From: Lama guanicoe
Lineage: Eukaryota
Reading direction: 5' to 3'
NCBI GenBank assembly: GCA_013239625.1
Contig: MU053513.1
Location: forward strand, 1,352,927-1,416,926
DNA length: 64,000 bases
In this document: one piece after another, positions 37,656 to 51,299 of the stretch
Layout of the letters: each line of letters begins with the position of its first letter
How positions within the stretch are numbered: position 1 is the first letter of the stretch
The notes under the pieces: model-generated
Database searches by the model: none
What the model was told of the DNA's origin: nothing
The model's input: only the letters and a program-made list of their open reading frames with translations
Program-made: the position numbers and the translations under genes

Positions 37656-40600
37656 CCAAGGATCTTAAAGGGCAACACAGGTTTCACTCTTGTCTCTCAA
37701 TGGTTTTCTCCATTTCTCTGACCACTGAATTGTAAAACATGCTGTATGTTCCCCATGCTGCTGAGTGGACAAGAGTCAACTATGACCGTCAAACAAGCAG
37801 TCCCAGGCTATATTTGGGGGCAGAAAGTAATAAGACTCGGTTCAGCCCCAGACCTAAGCCTTGTTTTCCAGCACAGTCCATGGAAATCCCTATATTTGAG
37901 GGGATAATAAAAAAGATGTTTTGGTACTTAATCTTGTCAATTCAGTTCTCAAAAACATAATTTCACAAAGAATGAGCACGTCAAGTCCTACTACTATAAT
38001 TACATGTAAATGCTTACAGAAAAATATTCAAAGAGATTTTGAAAGCTACAATGACAACCAAAAATGCCAAGTCTTTAGTCCACTCCTTCTTGGTGAGTCA
38101 AGGCAGAATGTTTCCTCAGACAGCTCAGGTGAACAGTAATTTCCTTCGGAAGTACAAACGTATCTTTCCAGCACAACACCACAAGGATGGCGTCCAAACT
38201 TCACCAGACCATCAGTTAGTGATTCTACTCGCTGTGATTGAACTGCTCACGGCCCATGCCATGAGTGCCTTCCGCCTATGGCACTCGTCGTGTTTCACTT
38301 TTTAACCACAAAGCGATTCCTGGCAGTGCTGTAATGAATGGGCTTAAGTCTCACATCCTTGTGAAATGTTGCCACCTTGGATTTAAATTCTATAATATTA
38401 TAATAAATGTAAATTAATTCATTTGCAGAGCCCTAACCCTCAATTCTGACCATTCTATAAAGCACCTTTGAAGATTATCCTCAACATAGAAAAACAAATC
38501 AGTTCCTGATGCTGAAGTTGTCATAGGTACCATATGTAAAAGTTCTTTAGTCACATCTAAGTTTCCCTCAATTCCACAACAAATATAGACAACTTGGTGG
38601 TATTATTTATATCTGTGTTCTCATCAGCTAAAAATTTTAAAACCCTGCAAATGCTCCACCCGTACCATAAACACGCTGAAGAGCAGTATTTCTAGAGAGG
38701 CTTATGTCTGTAAAAGCTTGCTTCTGTTTAGGACAGAATTTCTGCTACACTCGGTAGATAATCTTATAAATTTACTATCTGCAAAGTTTTGATACCCGGT
38801 CAGTTTTTTCGATTAAAACACAATTGCATTTTACAGCATCTGCATCTATTTTATTTATATTCCAGAACAAGCTCTACTGAAATGTCAGTTCCTTCATCAG
38901 ATCATTGGGTTTTTGGGTTTTATTAATTATCTTTACCTTACATGAGTCACAGTCCTCATGCAGTCTTCCTTATGACCTTCTAAACTTGTATTCTTTCAAA
39001 GCAGACGTCCATTGATGTCAAATGCATGGACGATTTTTCTCTAATGTGTACACACACAAAATAATCCTTCTTGCTCTCTCCCATTTTTCTTGACATTTGC
39101 AACCTTCTTGGCCTTTTAGTTTGCTGCTGATATTGGAGATAAGGATGCAAGAACTGTTCCACTTCTCCCTTAATGAATGTTGATTGACGCTGTCTCAACA
39201 GCAGGGAGACCATATGAAGGGGCGTGGCCAGGAGCATCTTCAGTACTTCCCTCCAGTCAATAGTTGCGGTGTGAAAATGTGGTTCTATTATTGCAAACTA
39301 TCTTAATTTTTCAAGAGTTTCCAAAAAACTCATAGTTTTTAATGTTGGCAAATAATTCGACTTTTCTAACACAACATAGCTCATATAAAACGCATCGCTG
39401 GACAGGTGTAGCCTGTAGTGGGTCCATTCAAGATTCCAATAAACGCTTTGATGTTTCCATTTTTGATGTCACCTTATCAAATACAAAGGTAATTAAAGGC
39501 ACTTAAAAGGCTTCCAAGAAAACAGAGGACTCCAGTGGCAAATAGTTAAATACTGAGTTCCAAAACTCTGCGGAAAAATACCTGTGGTCCTAGTTAAGCA
39601 ACGAAACAAACAATCTCTGGTGCCAGGTCAATGAAAGTTCACATGGGATGGTATTGAAATAGAAAGATAGATGGGGTCAAGTTACCTTTTTCCCTTCAGT
39701 CTTTGCACACAATGAGGCTATCATTCTTCCCCTTTACCTCTCCCTTTTCTCCTTTATCAGATCTGAAAGTGCCAAGACATTTTATGGCTTCCCAATATTA
39801 AAAGTACCAGGATGTTTGGAATCACCAGATAAAAACAAACAAACAAACAAAAAATCCTCATAGCCAAAGGGTATATGGGTGATGGTTAATTTAACTCACA
39901 TTTAAATTTAATAATTTAGTCATAAATTTTTTTTAAAAAAACAAATTCCATTTGAAAAAGTAGCAAATAAAATAATTTTCGAAAGAATTCTGGTGGCTGA
40001 CTGATAGTCTCATTTTACATGTTATTGCAGAATGACTACCCTTTCAGGAGTTAATTAAAAGCCATTTAATGAAAATTTTGAGATGTTAATATTATCTCCA
40101 ATTCTAGATCTAACTTCATTGCAATTGACAGAATTTATTCATCAACATTATTTCTTTTAATTTGTAATTAGTGTTCACCTTTAAATGCATTTCTATCATC
40201 TGTTTTACCAAATTAACTTTTATGATGTAATGAAAAAATACAAGGTAAAAATCACAGACAGACTGCGTTTAGAAAATTCACAGACACTAACGGTAATATT
40301 AAGGACCTCGTAATACTGTTTCTTAGGTTAAGAGCCCCCTATAAGCTTGAAAATTTCTTAATTGACTTGCTATCATAGGTCAGACAGACCCAATAGAGAA
40401 TATAAACCTGCAGTTCAGTCCTATGAATAATGTTTTGAAGACGGGGCCAAGGAAGTGCAACAGTCCCCCGACTGCCTTACTTGTGTATTGCCAGCACTAA
40501 TACTTGCTCACTTCACAAATGTTACTTGAGCACCTACTATATGCCCACCAAGTCCACCATACTAGGTGCTGGGAACAAAATGATGAACAAGCACCCAGAT

Positions 40601-41094
40601 TGCTTAGAGAATTACTACTTACTGATGCCTTACCATGTATAATACTGTTATAAGAAGATAAGTTAATTTGAATTGCAAAACTGAAGCAGAGCTTGCTACA
40701 CATATCCTTGTAGTCTTTCTATACTTTCTGCTTGAACATTGGAAAGTTTCAAGTGTGTAGAAATGATATCCTGTTAACAGCATTATGCACATATTAGAAG
40801 CAATTGAGCATTGTTATATCAAATATTTGAAAGCCTTAGGGATTTATTATTTAATCGAGTGGTTCCAGAGTCAGCTGGCATATTATTAACCAGCTTCTCT
40901 CTTCCTTGCTAAAAATGCGTGTATACAGAAAACAAAAGCTAAACTAGAAATAGCTGTATAAAATATTGTATTTTAATAAAAAACATACCTCTGTATATAC
41001 ATACAGAAACATACACATACTTGTGTGTGTGTGTTCTAACTATCCATTGAGGAAGGCTGGAAATTAATCAGCACAGTAGAAAAATTCTCACTAA

Positions 41095-41658
41095 TGCAAT
41101 TAATTCCCACTGAAAGAAGCCAGAATTTCTTGAAGAAATGGCTTATTCCAAGTTTGGGACAGGAAATGTACAAGAGGAACCTGGAATGTCTCGACATACC
41201 AGACAGCAAGGACGCTATCAACAGGGCTCAAGAGCCAGCTTGAAGAGGGTACCACTGAGCAATGATGGGGCAACTTAAGCTTAAATTTTAAAAAGAATCA
41301 GGGAAATGCTAGTCAAGCCCACAATGAGAAATCACCTCACACCTATTAGAATAGCTACTGAAAAGAGAAGAAATAGCAAGTGTTGGCAGGATGTGGAGAA
41401 CAGGGAACCTCATGCACTCTTGGTGGGAATGTAACTTGGTGAAGCTACTATGGAAAACACTATGGAAGTTCCTGAAAAAACTTAAAAATAGAACTCTCAT
41501 ATGATCCAGCAATTCTACTTCTGGGTATTTATGTGAAGAAAATGAAAACACTAACTTGAAAAGATATATGCACCCCCATGTTCACTGCAATATAATTTAA
41601 AATAGCCAAGATATGTAAACCACCTAAGTGTCCACTGACGGAAGAATGGATAAAGAAA

Positions 41659-41691
<33 letters not shown>

Positions 41692-42520
41692 CGTGTGTGT
41701 GTGGAATATTATTCAGCCATAAAAAAGAATGAAATCTTGCCATTTACAACAACATGGATAGACCTCAAAGGCATTAATATGAAATGAAATCTCAGGCCAT
41801 GAAAGACATATAATGTATGATCTCACTCATATGTGGAACCTAAAAACAAAACAAACAAACAAGCTCACAGATACAGAGAACTGATTATTGGTGGTTGTCT
41901 GAGGAAGGAGTGGAAAGTGAAAAATTAGTGAAAAGCCATAAGGTACAAACTTTCAGTTATATAGTAAATAAGTCATGGGCTGTAATATACAGCATAGTGA
42001 CTATCGTTAATAATATTGTATTGCATATTTGAAAATTGCTAAGAGAGTAAGTTTTGAGGGTTCTTATCACAAAAAAACAAAAAAAAATTCTGTAACTCTG
42101 TATGGTGATGGATGCTAACTAGACTTATTGGGTTGGTCATTTTATAATATATACAAATATCAAATCATCATGCTGTATACCTGAAACTACTATAATGTTG
42201 TATGTCAGTTATTCCCCAGTAAAAGAAAGAGAGAGAAAGGCAAGAAAACCATACCATTTACAGTCCTGTCAAAGAGTTAGAATATCAGACTGATCATTAC
42301 TCTGGATCCAGCTTCCAATTTGAAGGAAATACAGGGAACAAAAGAACAAATTGCATTGCACCATGAGTGTCCAATAAGCAAACTCCAGATGGTGGGAAAC
42401 CCTAGAAGTCAAACAAAACAGCCCAAGTTTTTCAAAAGAAAATTTGTAGGAAAAGATAGGAATGAAAGAAGAATTTGTAGATTAGATGAGACTCAAAAAA
42501 TACAACATAATGAGTTCCTG
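41095..42520 (+). mobile_element. Old L1 (L1MC-like) fragments flanking a younger L1
   Basis: 'aagaaatggcttattccaag...ggaaatgtacaagaggaacctggaatgtct' and 'ctggatccagcttccaatttgaaggaaatacaggg'. Confidence 0.55.
41310..42225 (+). mobile_element. L1 3' end (L1MA9-like) containing a (TG)n tract at about 41660-41702
   Basis: 'gatccagcaattctacttctgggtattt', 'ggaatattattcagccataaaaaagaatgaaatcttgccattt', 'gctgtatacctgaaact'. Confidence 0.85.
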
Positions 42521-43099
42521 CTTTATTAATTTAATAACTATTTATTGTGAACTTCTGAGGTGCCAGGCCTCACACTGAGCCATACAAGGAGGACCAAGAA
42601 AGACACGTTCCCCAACTTTAAGTCCATATAATCTCCATTTACTAACTGAGTGGTATGTTGTAACAGGTCTGCTAAGTACATGCTCTCATTTCCATCTCCC
42701 AGAATCCCCATTTTATACTAGAAGGAGTTAAAGTTTAAGAGAGATTCAGTAACGTGTCCGTATAGGAAGAGGTGGAGTCAGGATTCAAACCAGGCCAACC
42801 TAAACCCACAATCACTGTTCTTAATTTTTTACCAAAGCCTCTCAAACTGTGATTCTAATTTTCACAAGTGTACCTGATGATAAGCCAGGGCAATTTAAAA
42901 AAATCACAGGATAAATACGGAGCATTTTCCTGAAATGATAATTATACTAAAACTGTAAAGAATTTAAAACATGTTTGATACTAACATTGATATATTAGAG
43001 AGTGTTACACAAACTTCAAATACATTTTTAAGATAAAACATAAGATTACAATAGTCATTTCACTCTAGAAGGGGACGGATCAAGTCTTTCTTACTGAGC

Positions 43100-43460
43100 G
43101 CAAGTCATCTGTGACTCTGTAATTCCCAGCCCTACCTTCTTTAGACAGATAACTACTCTTCTTTAGGGCTGGATTCAATCATCACTGCTTCTAGGACCCT
43201 TTCTTGCTCACCTGTCCAACCCCTCTAACCCCAGACTGGACTGGGTGCCCCTCCTGCCCTTTCCCATAGTGTACTGGGCACAGCTAGTACTGTCATAGCA
43301 CTTTCTACATCCTCTTGAAATTGTCTGTTGAGGGTCTACCTACCCATCTTGACCATGAGCTCTGAAAGGGCAAAGTCCATGTCTTACCATTAATCGCCAG
43401 CACCTTAACAATGCCGGTCATAGAGTTAGTATCCAATACATGTATATTGACTTAGTTTAC
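43100..43460 (+). mobile_element. L2 LINE 3' fragment
   Basis: 'tcatagcactttctac...gaccatgagctctgaaagggcaaagtccatgtctt...cagcacc'. Confidence 0.6.
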
Positions 43461-45614
43461 TCAGTTTAACTATTAGTAATTTACTAGTACTCATTGATAA
43501 TTTATCCTAATGAGGTCCTTGGTGACTCAATCCCCCAGATTTATTTTATTGGTTAGGGTTCTAAGAAAATTAATAAGCTATCTAAACTAGCAAGTCTTTT
43601 CACTGTTCTAACTAATCAAATACTTAAGTAGGTGTGATATAAAAAGAATGTGCTCAGAATAAGACAGACCTTTAAATGGAATCTGGTGGTTTGAAAGTGG
43701 TGGAGCTACAATGACCAAAATAAACAATGAGATTGTTGAGAGCGAGTTGAGATTCCATTCTTCACTCTTCAGAGCCAAGGTGTGAGACACTGGATAAATC
43801 CAGTGTACACATGGCCCAAAGAGTTCCATAAGATGTAATGCAAAATAAAAGTCTCGGGATCCAAAAGTACTGTAAATAGGAAATGCCTTTTGGAAGGAAG
43901 TAGCTAGAAGCATTTACCTGGTGCTGGTTGCAGACTCCCTTTAGGTGCACAGCTCCATCTTTGCAGGCTTATGCCAAGGACCCCGTGGTGGGTGAAATAA
44001 GAGAATGAGTTACCGCTACCAGGACAGCCATCCAAAGAAAATCCTTTGCCGGGAGTGAGCAAATCATTGACTGGGAAGTGATGCAGAAGTCCAAGAGCCA
44101 AAAGGGTTTAATTGAGCTAGGACTCAAACTGGAACAGCCAAGCAGACAGAAAGCCAGAGAAAAGGAGTGTTGAGCCAAAACCAGGCCGTCCGAGATGAGC
44201 TCAAGATACAAAAAAATTAAGGCCAGAGGAGAAACTGAACTTAACACAGCTCAGCACAACCACACCAAACAATAGACAAGGACCTCTAGTACCTATAAAA
44301 AATCTAAAAAGTATTATTACACAATACAGCTTTTATTTGAACACCAAAAGTAGTCTTAAATTTTTAACAAGCAAGGCTAATGGAAAAGAATTCTTCTCTG
44401 GGAGAAGGTTTTTTTGAAAAAGCCAAAATGAATATAGTAGTGGTAGTTGAAAACAGAACCTTAAAGATCAACTTTTATCATAGGTTAAAGAATTACCCTC
44501 TGTCCCATGGTATTCTATAAACCAACAGGTAAAAATGCTGTTCGATATTAAATAAGTAATTCAAAAGGCAATAAAATTCAAAACAGTTCATTTTCTTTGA
44601 GAAAGTAAGATTTGTTTGTTTGCTTTAATTCCCCAGTGTCAGTGCTGTGCCTCAAATACAGTGAACCTTCAATACACATTTGACAAACGAAGGACAGTTT
44701 TGTGTATCCGGCTAACATAGCATTTGTTGGTCCTGATTCTTCAGTGAAATTATTATCTCTTTCTAACCTGAAATAGCTTCAAAACTATGTGATAAGTGAA
44801 TTTTTCACTCAGAAATTTTTATAGAAAACTAACCAGGGCAGAAAAATTGGATTCCATGAAATTTGTTTCTAAAATGATTTAATATAAAAAGGAATGTTTC
44901 ACAGGGATACGCTTTAAGCTTCAGGCTTTAATGATGGTTCATTCCAGTTTCAGAAGGTGCCTCTGTGATGCTTGCACCCTGGAAGAGACTGCTGCTTCAG
45001 AACCTCTGTCTGTTGCTCCTTCCTCTAGAGTTAACAAGAGGTGGAATTACTGGTACAAAGACCAGTTATAATGGGATGACAGGAATTAGAAAGCTGCTGG
45101 CTTGTAATTTACAGTTCATTTCAGTTCTTTCGTAGTCAGTGAACACATGAAATGAAAATGACTTCACATATGATTGGTTAGGTTCTTTGTTTCTAATAGA
45201 TTATAGTAGCACAGAAGGGTGGTGCTTGGGTAAACTAAGAGGTGTATGAGGGGCCTGCATTTGTTCATCAGAACGTTTTATAACTAACGTAGGTCTTGCA
45301 GGAAAAAGTACTCTGCAGTAAAAACTGATTATTGGTTAGAGATAGTTCTTTCAAGAAGCTAGGAACTATCAGAACTGAATTCTACTCTTTCAGTGTGCTT
45401 TTCTGCAGAGCTTCCTGAGAACTCATTCTTAAAAAAAAAAAAAGTCACTCAACATGGTGAGAAGAAAAATGTTCCACTGTGGGAGGTTTGGACCTGGAAG
45501 GAAGGAGAAAACAATTTATTTTCATGGCAGACTTTTGCTCATATGTTTAAGAAACAAATTCTTAAAATATTTGTGGAGAAACACGTTACTCTTAGCCATC
45601 AATCTGAAATCAAC

Positions 45615-46780
45615 ACGTCGGGAACTTTCACTTCCTACCAAGATGGAGTAACATGGACTGGTTGGCCCTTCCATCTTAAACATCTAGAAGACCAAACAAA
45701 ATAAATGGCAAAAAGTGGTTTTCAGACATTGGACAGCAAGCAGCATCAGACTTGGTCCCTGGGAAGACAGAACCAGACGAACCAAGTCCTGGAAAAATTT
45801 CCAGCCTATGCAGCACAGAGCAGGGGTGACCCACAGAGATCAGTGGTATCACTGGGCTGAGGAAACAGAGATCAGAGCACAAGAAGGTCAAGGAAGCTAG
45901 AATGTGTAGAAAAAACTCCCCAAAGACGAGGGAGCTGCACAGAGAGAGTACAGAGGGCCCCCACACACAAATCTTGACAGTATAATATCACTATTTTGGC
46001 ATGCATGAGATGAGACTGCCCCAGGCCAGGCAGAGAACCAATAGACCAAACAATTCCTTCAACTCACACAGGGCTGGGAATATTTCATGTTCCCACCAGT
46101 CAGCATGGAAAGATACTCTAATACCCAAGGTACTGGGTAAAGTCCTCAGAAGGGTTATCACCTTAGTAGTGAGACTAAATTAGCCCTAGACTAAATATGG
46201 TTCTTGGTCTGCCCTAATAAAGCTTAAAAGCAAACCTCAAAAGGATCAGCCTGATTTTAAACAACTTAACGTCATACCAAAACAGTCTGACACCATTGAA
46301 AAGAATATAACCTAATCTAGCACCCAATAACATAAAATTCCCAAAGTCTGCCACCCAATCAAAAAAATACCAGTAATTTGGTCACCAGAGGGGAAGGGGG
46401 CTGGGAGGTGGGCAAAAGGGGCAAAGGGGGGGTCAAGTGTAATGTGACAAATGGTAACTAGACTTTGGGGAGTAATCACTTTGTAGTGTATGCATATATC
46501 AAATAATAATGTTATACACCTGAAAGATATAATTTTTCAAAAAGCAGTAGTATATGAGCATGGTCAGAAGAAAATTCAAACAAGAGAAGCAGATCCAGAA
46601 ATTATAGAGATAATGGAATTAGCAGAAAAAGGCATTACAATAATTGTCATAATTATAATCCTTATTTTCAAGAAGGAGAGGAAAACTTGGGTATGGGGAG
46701 GAGAAAATGAGACATTTTTTAAAAGTTTAAGTGGGACTTCAAGAGATGAAAAAATACAATATTTGAGGAGAAAAAAAACG
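45615..46780 (+). mobile_element. Old L1 5' UTR/ORF1 fragments with a short inserted L1 3' piece (about 46375-46540)
   Basis: 'cttcctaccaagatggagtaac' 5'-type start, 'aattagccctagactaaa' and 'atagagataatggaattagcagaaaaagg'. Confidence 0.6.
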
Positions 46781-49700
46781 TTAACACATTTAAGGAAATT
46801 TGTTGCGGGACAAAATCCACAAAAAAGCTGGCACTACACGTTAACCAGCGGGGTTGTTGCGTAAATAGCTGTAAACAGGGCTCTCTAATTAAACACTGCA
46901 ATGATCTTCATAAAGGAATTGTTTCCCAAAATTTCTTAGGACACCTTCTCAGAATTCATGACTCTTCTTTCTTTTACAACATCTAATCGTATTTGCCAGC
47001 TTATAGCTCCACTCCTCTGTTCCCGTGGGCTTTAGGGGCCACTCTGGGGCGGGGGGGAGAGAAACAAATAGCACATTTGCCCATGTACAACGAGACCAGC
47101 AATGACCTTGAATCCACTGGGATCCTTCCAGCCCTCGCCTTGCTCAGGTTCTCTGTGGACTATGCCACTGGTGGTGATATCTTCCTTGAAACCTCCTCCA
47201 TCCTTCGTTTTTCACTGCCATTTCTCCTGCTATGTCCCCCTCCTTCTCCTAACCATTCCTTTTCAGCCTCCCTTGCTGATGCCCAAGGAAATGATTTAAG
47301 CTAAGAAAGCTTAAGCTTCAAGGCCCCTAGCAATGATGTTCCAGAGTCAGCCATTTTTATAAAATGTATTGAAATTTATAAAAGTAAGATGTAGTCCCTG
47401 CATTTTGGAATCCAGAGAACACTGTGTTGGTGATATATTTAGCACAGGTTTGAAATAATCTATTTCTGTTCTTCCCAGTCACTTTCATGTACCATGTTAT
47501 TGCCCATCATCACAGAGTAGGACACTCCTTGTGCCCATCGTGCCAGCATCATGACCCTGCATGCAGGACCAGAGGTCAGATTGTGATGTGAGCACATCTT
47601 ATAATTCCCAGCCCCAGAAGTACGTGAGGATGGGGAAAAACAAGATTTGACATGTACAGAGCGAGCAGCAGTTTTGTGGCAAGTATTTCCAATCATCGGT
47701 TGGAGGATTAGGTTCTCAGCAATGCCTAATCTAGAAAGGAGCTCTCTACCACCAAAAATCTACTGAACAAGGCAGCATACATCATTACGCCTATACACCC
47801 ATCCAAAAGAAAATGTATTGGAATTCCTGTCTTGGTAGAGCACAGATCCTTTAGTTTGATGACAAACAGAAACTGTATCTGTTTCTCGTGCTTCGTATTT
47901 TATACAACCCAAAATATAAGTTCACATCTCAGCCTAATAGATATATCTTGTCCCACCCAAGTGCAGTCATTAAGCCTTGTGATACAGGCTGCAGCATGGC
48001 TAGCACGACTGGTGTGGTCCATGGGGCCAAGTGCATGGGGTCTGACCGGTGATGGCTAACCCCCTGGAGGCAGGCCCAGAACCAGGGATCCAGCCATTAT
48101 GATCATCAAGGCGAGCGCAGTCTGTATGATTAATGAGCGTGTGCAGCCAGAGTGGTTCATGGGGCCGGGGTTGTGAATATGGCCAACACAGCTACTGTGC
48201 TTGTCAGGGCTGGGACTGAGGATCAGCCAGCACAGCTGGCATGTTTAGTGGGTCAGGACCAAGAATTCAGCTGGCAGGGTGCTATTTTCAGCAGAAACAG
48301 AGCTAAAAAATTTGTCTTGGATTCTAACAAAATGTAAGCCCCATGGAAGAGCAGGTGTGGCTAGGCCCAAATCAGGGTGGCTGAGACGCCGTCTCAAGTG
48401 GGAAAGGCGGGCCTGGCAAGCCTGCGTTTGTGAGCTATCAGCGCTGCCCACCTCCCTGACGTGAGCTCCACTTGTAGGAGGTGACGTTTTCAGACCCAAG
48501 TCGGGCGCTCTCGTGATCCTCCTGCCTTGGCGGGGCTGCGGCCCATACACACGGGGCAGGAAGAGTCAGCCTCGAGTTCAAGGTAGCAGTTGAACTGATC
48601 CTTCATGTCTCCTATCAGTGCTAAGTCCGGGTAAGATTGTTAATTAGGTAGTGGTTTCCAGCCGTTCCCTCCGTCCCACAAAAGCATCCCTTTCCTTCCT
48701 TCTGATAACTGGGTCTTCGTCCCACATGTTCGTGTTCCTCCCAGTGCCCATGCTCATTCTTTGTTGGCTGTTGGAATAAACGTCACTATGATGTGGCTAG
48801 ATATTAGGTTAATCCCTCTATAGAAACGGAGCTTTCCCTTCTTTACAAAGCCTTTTCCTACACACATAACAATCCCACAACAGTCTGTGATATGGACATC
48901 ATTAGTACTTCATGGGCTTTTACACATAAAGAAAAATCTCATGCACACTACTCAACACTGCTGACTTATACTGACTCTCCTGTTCTGCTTCTAAAACTGG
49001 TCCAAAATGAGATCAACGGATATTTGGAGATAGTAGTATTTCCTCGCTCCCAGCATCCCCTCTCTCTACTCTGGGATTCAGAAGCTCAATAATATCAGGC
49101 TTGTATCAGTTACTGTTAACCATTTTGGCTCATTAGCTCCTTTGAGAATGAGGCAAGCTACTGACCCTGGAAAAGCACATATGTACACAAGCTCACCTCG
49201 AAATTGCATACAATTCCAAGAGATTGCAAGTAGATCCAAATTTAAAATCCTGTGACATTGTTTACTAGATCCCCGTCAATAGGAGAAAATTGAGTATCAA
49301 AGGAGTCAACTAATTTTCTCAAGGGAGTGACGATCAGCAGAAATGTGAACCCAGACCCTCTGACTCCAAATGTGATGACTTTCCTATCACCCACCCAGGG
49401 CTATCTCGGTTCTCAGTAGACACACACCCATCTGTGCTTTGGGCTCATCAGCCATCTCACGTCCCAGGTGCTTTAGAGGGAGTCACCTCTCGGCATCCAC
49501 ACTGCACCGCTCCCTTTCTGTGGAATCAAGACCACTCAAATTCTTGGTTTTGTTTTATTCATTTATAAATTTTTATTAAGTCCTGCCTGAGGGCCTGGCA
49601 CTATAAGCTTCGGGGATACAGAGCTGAAAATATATATATATACACACACATATATCTCATCACTGCCATGATCTAGCTCCTCTGAAAGACAGCAAACCCC

Positions 49701-50174
49701 TAAAATGGTCATTTATTTCCATAGCACTTCACATATTATAAGAAGTTATAAAATAGTCATAACTTTTAATACTTAAATATATATCTGTGTGTTATATGTA
49801 TATCATATGTGTATATTATATAGGGAGTCAATAAGCTTTGAGCTGGCTCATTGAAACATGTTGTCGATAATTAATGGTAAAATGTGATTGATGGGTTGGT
49901 TATTTTTTTAATTCTCAAAAAGTAAACTAATTGGCTTGATGTCACTGAAAAAAAATAAAAGACAATTTGAACAACTTGTCTTCATGATTCTAGGTTCTCT
50001 ACAAATTTATTATTCAATAATTCTATACTATGATCACGTTACTGGAAGATACTGTTTTTGAGGGTCATGTGCAAAGAAAATGGCAGGCTTGAAAGGGGTA
50101 CTTGCACTCCATGGCCCCGTTGGAAACTTTTGGAAATTAAAAAAGCTGTTAGCTGAGTTTCATTTTCAACTGAA

Positions 50175-50570
50175 CGGTTCAGTCTAGGTTGCTGCAGTAA
50201 CCAAAATTTCAGTGACTTAAGACAACAAAAGTTTATTTCTCGTTCAAGTAGAGTCCATGGCTGGTCCAGGGCACTCTCCAGGGAAGCTGTTCCCCATGTG
50301 TTGGCTGGTGGTCCTGGCTGCTTCAGGGTAATGGTATCTCCATCTCAACACGTGGCTCCTTGTCTGCCAAAGTGAAGGGCCAAGGGCCTGCAGAAACACA
50401 CCCACTCTTGACTGTTTTCCCCAGACGGCCCCCGCCTCCTGTTTCATTGGCAACTTCCTGTCGCATGGCCATACCTAGCTCCACAGGGACGGAGAAGGGT
50501 CCCACCCACATGACCAGAGGGAAAAGGTAAGACTCAGGTGCCAGGGCACAGAAGTCATGTCTACCATGCA
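50175..50570 (-). mobile_element. Old MaLR LTR (MLT1I/J-like)
   Basis: 'ctaggttgctgcagtaacc...tcagtgacttaagacaacaaaagtttatttctc...cattggc...catggccatacctagct'. Confidence 0.7.
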
Positions 50571-51094
50571 TGGCTGCAAACTTAATAGCAACAATGTGTT
50601 TCCACAAAGAGTTTTCAATGTGGAAAGCTTAAATGAAATGATTTTTCTTCATTTTGTTCAAGTAAGGAAGATGATATAGCAGGGTTTTTTTTAATTGTAA
50701 TTTTTAGTAGTATGTTAGATAACTGTCCACACGTGGCATGTGGTGTCTTAGCTCTTTCTAATGTTTCCATTAAAGTCCAGGTTAGAGGAGCCATCTCTTC
50801 GTATTCATGCTGAAATAAAACTCACAAACTTGCATAGCATGTGCCCAAAGTCAAAGTCTAGTGATCACATTCAAGTGTCAATTCTCTGTTTGGTTTCCAG
50901 GTCTAAGTTCACTCCCACTCACCAGGGATTAGATAAACCTCTGGGGACTGATTGCCACTCCAGTAATCTAGGGATAATGCACCCCTCTCAGGAGGCTGAC
51001 GTAGTAAGCAAGTTAAATAATAAGGATGAAAATGCTGTTAAATCTTTAAATCAAAATGAAAAGTAATATATTATCTGAAATAAGCATAATTTGA

Positions 51095-51299
51095 GGGGAG
51101 AGGATATAGCTCAAGTAGTACAGCGCATGTTTAACATGCCCAAGATCCTGGGTTCAATCCCCAGTACCTCCTCTAAAAATAAATAAATGAATAAATAAAC
51201 TGAATTACCCTCCCCCAAAGAAAAAAAAGAAAAAAGATAAGAACTTTAAAAAAGGAAAAATAAAATAAATAAATAAATAAGTAAGTAAGTAAAATAAAG
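51095..51299 (+). mobile_element. Vic-1-like SINE with a long A-rich tail
   Basis: ggggagaggatatagctcaagtagtacagcgc...gatcctgggttcaatccccagtacctcc. Perfect 14-bp TSD taagcataatttga at 51081-51094 and 51300-51313. Confidence 0.92.

Noticed and set aside
39737..39761. Minus-strand micro-exon candidate encoding DKGEKGE (collagen-like)
   Set aside because: 25 nt of purine-rich low-complexity sequence with no supporting Gly-X-Y exons.
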